A stretch of DNA of 64,000 nucleotides from an uncultured bacterium (GTDB taxonomy: Bacteria; SAR324; NAC60-12), in the NCBI GenBank assembly GCA_965662235.1, contig CBFIGY010000003.1, positions 194,297 to 258,296 on the forward strand, written 5' to 3'. The notes under the pieces were generated by a model. The model did not search any database. It had not been told where the DNA came from and saw only the letters and a program-made list of their open reading frames with translations. Shown here piece by piece: positions 59,043-64,000 of the stretch (positions are counted from its first letter, which is position 1; each line of letters opens with the position of its first letter). Made by a program: the position numbers and the translations under genes.

Positions 59043-59519
59043 ATGCGTCACCGAGCCCGGATGCACGCCCTCCAGGCGCTGTATCAAGCTGATATCTGGG
59101 GGCATAAAAACCCTCAACACGCCGCCCGGCTGCTGCATGAGCTGCAGCTTCCGGAGGAAGTTGAATCGTTTGCACTGGAGCTGACGGTTGGTACCCTGAA
59201 GCACCTCCCAGGCATTGACGAACAGCTCCGGGACAACCTAGAGAAGTGGCGGCTGGAGCGACTTTCGGTCACCACCCGGAACATTCTCCGGCTTGCGACC
59301 TATGAGCTGTGCTACGGTCCGGAACTGCCCCGTCATGTTGTGTTTGACGAGGCCTTGGAGCTGTGCAAGGAGTTCGTTGACGAGAGCTTCCATGGCCTCG
59401 TCAACCGTGTTCTTCAGAAGGTCTACGATGCCCATCAAAACCAGAATCCTCCGGAGGTTCCCGCTTCGCCTCCTTCCTCTCCAGAACCGCTGAAGTCCCT
59501 CCCAGAGGAGGGGGAGTGA
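59043..59519 (+). CDS. nusB: Transcription antitermination factor NusB
   Basis: RHRARMHALQALYQ, W.LERL...RNILRLATYEL, P..VVFDEALEL.K.F, VN.VL. Confidence 0.92.
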   Translation: MRHRARMHALQALYQADIWGHKNPQHAARLLHELQLPEEVESFALELTVGTLKHLPGIDEQLRDNLEKWRLERLSVTTRNILRLATYELCYGPELPRHVVFDEALELCKEFVDESFHGLVNRVLQKVYDAHQNQNPPEVPASPPSSPEPLKSLPEEGE

Positions 59520-59540
59520 GCCCCCTTGAGCGGGGCTTTT
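59519..59540 (+). terminator. Probable intrinsic terminator after nusB
   Basis: AGCCCC-cttgagc-GGGGCT followed by TTT immediately after the nusB stop. Confidence 0.55.
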
Positions 59541-59694
59541 CGAAGAAATTAACTGATTTCATGAGAAAAATAGTGTTGTAATCCTCCATGACAGCGCTAT
59601 ATTAATTTCTTCGCATGCCACGTTCGCCCCGACCTCATGCCTGTGGTACCCCCGAACGTCTTCATTACTGTTCAAACTCAGACTGTCCTCTCTC

Positions 59695-59970
59695 ATGGTC
59701 AAGGTTGACATCATTCGCGCCGTTCAATTGAAAGCTGAAATCCAGTTCGGTGAAGCCGAAAAACTGGTCAACATCCTCCTCGATCTGGTCAAGAACTGCT
59801 TGGAAGACGGGGAAGACGTGCTGATCACCGGGCTGGGGAAGTTCGCGCTTCGGGACAAAAAGATGCGTCCGGGTCGTGACCCCAAGTCGAAAAAAGATTA
59901 CGTCATCTCGGCCCGGCGGATTGTCACCTTCCACCCTTCCAAGGTCTGGCGGGACGAGTTGAACAAGTAG
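59695..59970 (+). CDS. Integration host factor / HU family DNA-binding protein (IHF-alpha-like)
   Basis: GEDVLITGLGKF.LRDK..RPGRDPK....ISARRIVTF.PS; upstream TTGTAA-N16-TATATT promoter candidate at 59576-59603. Confidence 0.9.
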   Translation: MVKVDIIRAVQLKAEIQFGEAEKLVNILLDLVKNCLEDGEDVLITGLGKFALRDKKMRPGRDPKSKKDYVISARRIVTFHPSKVWRDELNK

Positions 59971-59989
59971 CCCCTGGTTCGTTTTCCCC

Positions 59990-61282
59990 ATGCCGATGCA
60001 GGCCCTCTCTCTCCTGAATCAGCTCTTCCGGGTGGCGGTCGCCCGTGCCCAGCCTTCTGTTTGTCTTCCTCCACACCTGCACGATTTGCCTGAGTTTCCA
60101 GGACGCCTGGTGGTCCTCGGGGCCGGAAAAGCGTCTGCTGCCATGGCTCAGGCCGTTGAAGCGACCCTCCAGAGGGAACGTCCCGACCTGTTTTCTCGTC
60201 TGGAGGGACTCGTACTCACCCGCTACGGCTATCAGGTTCCCTGCGAGCGCATTGAAATTGTTGAAGCCAGTCACCCGGTTCCAGACCAGCGAGGCCTTGA
60301 GGCAACTCAGCGCATGCTTCAGGTTGCCCAAACCCTTGGCGAGGCCGACCTAGTCCTCTGCTTGATCTCCGGAGGCGGTTCCGCTCTGCTCACGCTCCCA
60401 GCACCTGGAATCAGCTTGGACGACAAGCAGATGCTCAACCGCCAGCTGCTGCATTCCGGAGCCACCATCCATGAAATGAACTGCGTCCGGAAGCACCTCT
60501 CTGCGGTCAAAGGCGGGCGCCTCGCTCAAGCCATTTTCCCTGCACAACTGCGAACTCTCGCCATTTCGGATGTTCCCGGTGATGACCTTTCGGTGATTGC
60601 CTCCGGCCCCACGGTGGCCGACGAGTCGACCTTTGAAGAAGCCCGGCAGGTGCTCGCCCGTTATGCCCTCACGGTTCCGAAATCGGTGCAACGGCACCTA
60701 GAATCAGCGTCAAGTGAAACCCTCAAGCCGGGGGCTAGGGAGTTGCGTGACACGGACGCGCACTTGATCGCGACTCCGCAGGAGATGCTGGAGGCCGTTG
60801 CCGCACAGGCACGGGAGTGGGGAATCACTCCGTTGATTCTGAGTGACCGTATGGAAGGAGAAGCCCGAGAGGTGGCCAAGGTGCTCGCTGCCATCGCCCA
60901 GCAGATCCAACGACGTCAACAACCAGTGGCACCGCCGGCGGTGCTGCTTTCAGGAGGAGAAACCACGGTGACCGTGCGAGGAGACGGACGAGGAGGACGA
61001 AACACAGAGTTTGCGCTCGCGCTGCTGGAAGCCCTTCAGGGATGCCCCGGCATCTCCGCCATTGCCTGTGACACCGATGGCATTGACGGAACCGAATCCA
61101 ACGCGGGTGCCTGTTTTGACGACCAGGCCTTCGCTCGAGCCCAGGCACAAGGGCTAGCGATTTCGCCCTTCCTTGCTCGTAATGACGCCTACTCGTTTTT
61201 TGAAGCGCTCGGAGGGCTTGTGGAATCCGGCCCCACGTTCACCAACGTCAATGATTTCCGAGCGATTTTCATTGAGCCCTAA
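59990..61282 (+). CDS. Glycerate 2-kinase (MOFRL / TtuD family)
   Basis: GAGKASAAMA, ASHPVPD, LISGGGSAL, RKHLSAVKGG, SDVPGDD..VIASGPT, SGGETTV, GGRNTE, DTDGIDG, TNVNDFR. Confidence 0.93.
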   Translation: MPMQALSLLNQLFRVAVARAQPSVCLPPHLHDLPEFPGRLVVLGAGKASAAMAQAVEATLQRERPDLFSRLEGLVLTRYGYQVPCERIEIVEASHPVPDQRGLEATQRMLQVAQTLGEADLVLCLISGGGSALLTLPAPGISLDDKQMLNRQLLHSGATIHEMNCVRKHLSAVKGGRLAQAIFPAQLRTLAISDVPGDDLSVIASGPTVADESTFEEARQVLARYALTVPKSVQRHLESASSETLKPGARELRDTDAHLIATPQEMLEAVAAQAREWGITPLILSDRMEGEAREVAKVLAAIAQQIQRRQQPVAPPAVLLSGGETTVTVRGDGRGGRNTEFALALLEALQGCPGISAIACDTDGIDGTESNAGACFDDQAFARAQAQGLAISPFLARNDAYSFFEALGGLVESGPTFTNVNDFRAIFIEP

Positions 61283-61286
61283 CGGC

Positions 61287-62186
61287 TCAACCGGTCCGGG
61301 CAATGGCAATCAGGGCGGTGCCCACCACTGCGACAGCAGCTCCAGCCCACGCAATCGCTGGAGGACGCACCTGGGTCCGCATCCAGACCAAAGGAAGGAT
61401 CAGCACCGGTGTGGTTGCAGAGAGGGTCGCAATGACGCCGGCGTCTCCACGTCCCAGTGCAAACAAAAGCAGCGTCATTCCCATTCCCATCCCCAGCAAT
61501 CCACTGAGAACAATGCCACCGAGCAGAGTGGGGGTGAAGGTCGTCTTGGCTCGGAAGATCGGATTGGGAAGGAGCCCCAAGAGGTTCAGACTGACTGCAG
61601 CGGTGCCCACTCTCAGTGCTGATGCGGTCACAGGGTCCAAGCCAGAAGCCATCACTGGACGGGCAATGACGGACCCCACGGATTGTCCCAAAGCCGCCAG
61701 CAGCCCCAAGATGATTCCGTAGCGCAGGCGCCCTTCCGTTGAATCCAGTGTGGTGGGTTCCGCCTGCCGTCGCCCCAGAATCGCCAGCATGACTCCAGCC
61801 GGCACCAGCGCGCAGCCAATCAGCGTCAGCGGAAGCAGGTGTTCCTCGAGCCAGAACCAGCCCAGCCCCACCGTGAGAGGAGCATTGAGGGCAAACACCA
61901 CTGCCGATCGGCTGGGCCCCAAGCGTTGCAGGGACGCAAACAGTGCCGTATCTCCAAGGAAAATGCCGATAAATCCGGAAAGCATCAGGGCTTGAGCGGT
62001 TCCCCAGGAAAGCTCGGTCCACCCGTGTGTGAACCCGGCCACCGCGGCCAGCATCACAAAAACCAGAGCCATCCGGACCCGGTTAAAGGCCAGGGGGCCC
62101 AGCTGCCGAATGGGACCTACGGCCACAATGCCCCCAAGGGCCCAGCACAGCGCGGCACCCAACGCCGCTAATTCACCTATGAGCAT
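61287..62186 (-). CDS. DMT/EamA family transporter
   Basis: GELAALGAALCWA, AFNRVR, SGFIGIFLGDTALF, about 10 TM helices. Confidence 0.9.
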   Translation of the reverse strand: MLIGELAALGAALCWALGGIVAVGPIRQLGPLAFNRVRMALVFVMLAAVAGFTHGWTELSWGTAQALMLSGFIGIFLGDTALFASLQRLGPSRSAVVFALNAPLTVGLGWFWLEEHLLPLTLIGCALVPAGVMLAILGRRQAEPTTLDSTEGRLRYGIILGLLAALGQSVGSVIARPVMASGLDPVTASALRVGTAAVSLNLLGLLPNPIFRAKTTFTPTLLGGIVLSGLLGMGMGMTLLLFALGRGDAGVIATLSATTPVLILPLVWMRTQVRPPAIAWAGAAVAVVGTALIAIARTG

Positions 62187-62477
62187 GAATGGAAAACACA
62201 ACAGGAGGGGTTCACAACACCTAGCGGGTCATGACGGAATCACAAAAATGCAGGGACGCGGAATCAGGCCCTTGAGTTTTGACCGGGGAAGTTCGTATGA
62301 TTGGTCGTTGCCCTGGGGTGAAGATGGATGATCCCGCAACAGGCTAAGAGTTTCGAGATTGTTTCATGAATTCTACAATTCAAGCAGCAGGAAGCCGCTC
62401 CCCAGGGTCTTGATCCAGAACACAGCAACAAACGTGCCCCACGCGCTCCATCCCTTCGCGACTCGTTCCCCTCTTTC

Positions 62478-63080
62478 ATGGCCAAACTGTACTTCTACTA
62501 TTCAGCAATGAATGCAGGGAAGACGACGACGCTGTTGCAGTCGAATTACAACTACCAGGAACGGGGCATGAACACGTTGGTCCTCAAGCCCCTCTTGGAT
62601 CAGCGGTATGGAAATGTGGTCCGCTCCCGGATTGGACTGGAAGCTGAAGCGGTCAACTTTGAGCAGGCGGACCACCTTGCCCCGCTCGTTGCCTCGGCCC
62701 AGCAAGAAGCGCCGCTTCACTGTGTTCTCGTTGACGAAGCCCAGTTTCTGACAGAGGCCCAGGTTTACGAATTGACGGAGCTGGTCGACCAGCAGAAGAT
62801 TCCGGTGCTGGCCTATGGGCTCCGGACCGATTTTCAGGGCAAGCTGTTTGAAGGAAGCCGGCACTTGCTGGCGTGGGCAGACGAGCTTCGCGAGATCAAG
62901 ACCATCTGTCACTGTGGCAGCAAAGCCACCATGGTGCTTCGGCTGGATGCTTCGGGAAAACCCGTCTCGCTAGGAGACCAAATCGAAATCGGAGGCAACG
63001 ACCGGTACGTCTCCGTCTGTCGTCGACACTTCAAGGACCGGCAAGCCGAACCTTCTCCACTTTTATCCTCTTCCTCATGA
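62478..63080 (+). CDS. tdk: Thymidine kinase
   Basis: [48 protein letters not shown]. Confidence 0.97.
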   Translation: MAKLYFYYSAMNAGKTTTLLQSNYNYQERGMNTLVLKPLLDQRYGNVVRSRIGLEAEAVNFEQADHLAPLVASAQQEAPLHCVLVDEAQFLTEAQVYELTELVDQQKIPVLAYGLRTDFQGKLFEGSRHLLAWADELREIKTICHCGSKATMVLRLDASGKPVSLGDQIEIGGNDRYVSVCRRHFKDRQAEPSPLLSSSS

Positions 63081-64000
63081 AACCAACTGTCGCAATTGCC
63101 GGTGCCACAGGTGCCGTTGGCGCTGAATTCTTGAAGCTTCTGGAAGCCCGGGACTTTCCAATCAGTCAGTTGCGTCTCCTGGCCTCGGCACGTTCCGCAG
63201 GGAAAACCCTGATGTTCCGAGGAGAGGCGTTACCTGTCGAGGAACTGACCCCCGATTCCTTTTCGGGCGTAGACATCGCGTTTTTCTCTGCAGGAGGCGA
63301 CCGCAGTAAGGAATTTGCACCTCATGCCGTAGAAGCAGGCGCCGTGGTGATTGACAACTCCAGTGCCTTCCGCATGGATCCGGATGTGCCGCTGGTGGTT
63401 CCAGAAATCAATCCGGACGAGGCGTTCAAGCACCAAGGCATCATCGCCAATCCCAACTGTTCAACCATCCAGATGGTGGTTGCACTGCACCCGCTGCACC
63501 AAGCTGCCGGTTTGAAGCGGGTCATTGTGTCGACCTATCAGGCAGTCTCAGGCGCTGGCGCCAAAGGCATGGAGGAGCTGCAGCAACAGGTTCGAGCCTG
63601 GGCTCAAGGCGAACCAATGCAGACAGAAGCATTTCCCGCTCAAATTGCCTTCAACCTCTTCCCGCACATTGACGTCTTCCAAGAAAACGGCTACACCAAG
63701 GAAGAAATGAAGATGGTGCTTGAGACTCAGAAGATCATGAGCCTCCCGGACCTTCCCGTTTCTGCGACCTGTGTAAGGGTTCCCGTCTTCCGGGCGCACT
63801 CAGAAGCCGTCTGGATTGAGACCGAACGCTCTTTAACACCGCAACAGGCTCGGGAAGCGCTCCAAGCAGCTCCAGGCATTCAGGTGGTCGATGAGCCTCA
63901 GGCGGGAGGTTATCCCATGCCTTGGGATGTGGCAGAAACCTTTGACACGTTCGTTGGACGCATTCGTACTGACCTTTCTCATCCCAACGGACTGACGTTT
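63077..64000 (+). CDS. asd: Aspartate-semialdehyde dehydrogenase (3' end runs off the window)
   Basis: Not in the ORF track. Manual translation from ATG 63077: [15 protein letters not shown]...LASARSAG...FSAGG...[19 protein letters not shown]...IANPNCST...[10 protein letters not shown]...[14 protein letters not shown]. Confidence 0.96.
   Translation, partial: MKPTVAIAGATGAVGAEFLKLLEARDFPISQLRLLASARSAGKTLMFRGEALPVEELTPDSFSGVDIAFFSAGGDRSKEFAPHAVEAGAVVIDNSSAFRMDPDVPLVVPEINPDEAFKHQGIIANPNCSTIQMVVALHPLHQAAGLKRVIVSTYQAVSGAGAKGMEELQQQVRAWAQGEPMQTEAFPAQIAFNLFPHIDVFQENGYTKEEMKMVLETQKIMSLPDLPVSATCVRVPVFRAHSEAVWIETERSLTPQQAREALQAAPGIQVVDEPQAGGYPMPWDVAETFDTFVGRIRTDLSHPNGLTF

Noticed and set aside
59546..59558. 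IHF site upstream of the ihf gene (minus-strand AATCAGTTAATTT)
   Set aside because: One mismatch to WATCARN4TTR in AT-rich DNA; too weak to call.
62311..62407. SRP RNA, tRNA-Sec or tmRNA
   Set aside because: Lacks the SRP GNRA-capped domain IV, the tRNA T-arm GTTCRA and tmRNA termini; kept only as an unassigned structure.

Overview
A 64-kb, gene-dense, GC-rich bacterial chromosome segment. The gene set and order (rho-rpmE-prfA, NuoG with cluster N7, DUF3015 paralogues, pyrG next to an LptA-like gene) suggest a deltaproteobacterial-type Gram-negative, possibly SAR324-like; that placement is inference only. Most genes are housekeeping: hemA/hemC, pgsA, prfA, rpmE, rho, trmL, ddl, tsaD, gatC, fabZ, skp, nuoEFG-JKL, hpf, pyrG, nusB, ihf, tdk, asd. 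Accessory modules are (i) a sugar/polyol ABC uptake and catabolism locus with an SDR, split transketolase, FGGY kinase, SorC-type regulator and a duplicated palindromic operator, (ii) an exported rhodanese, YeeE transporter and small Cys-tailed membrane peptide, (iii) an AttH-like lipoprotein with an FtsX permease, and (iv) a tandem DUF3015 pair. The most striking feature is one continuous ORF (57720-59039) fusing an intact NtrX/NtrC-like receiver domain to LpxC with its catalytic residues retained, which suggests direct phospho-control of the committed step of lipid A synthesis. It lies in one run of genes with a double-length LptA-like protein. Complex I genes are fragmented (no nuoH/I/M/N here) and run directly into skp-fabZ-gatC. 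I recognised no rRNA, tRNA, CRISPR array or mobile element. All family calls come from motif recognition by eye, not database searches.
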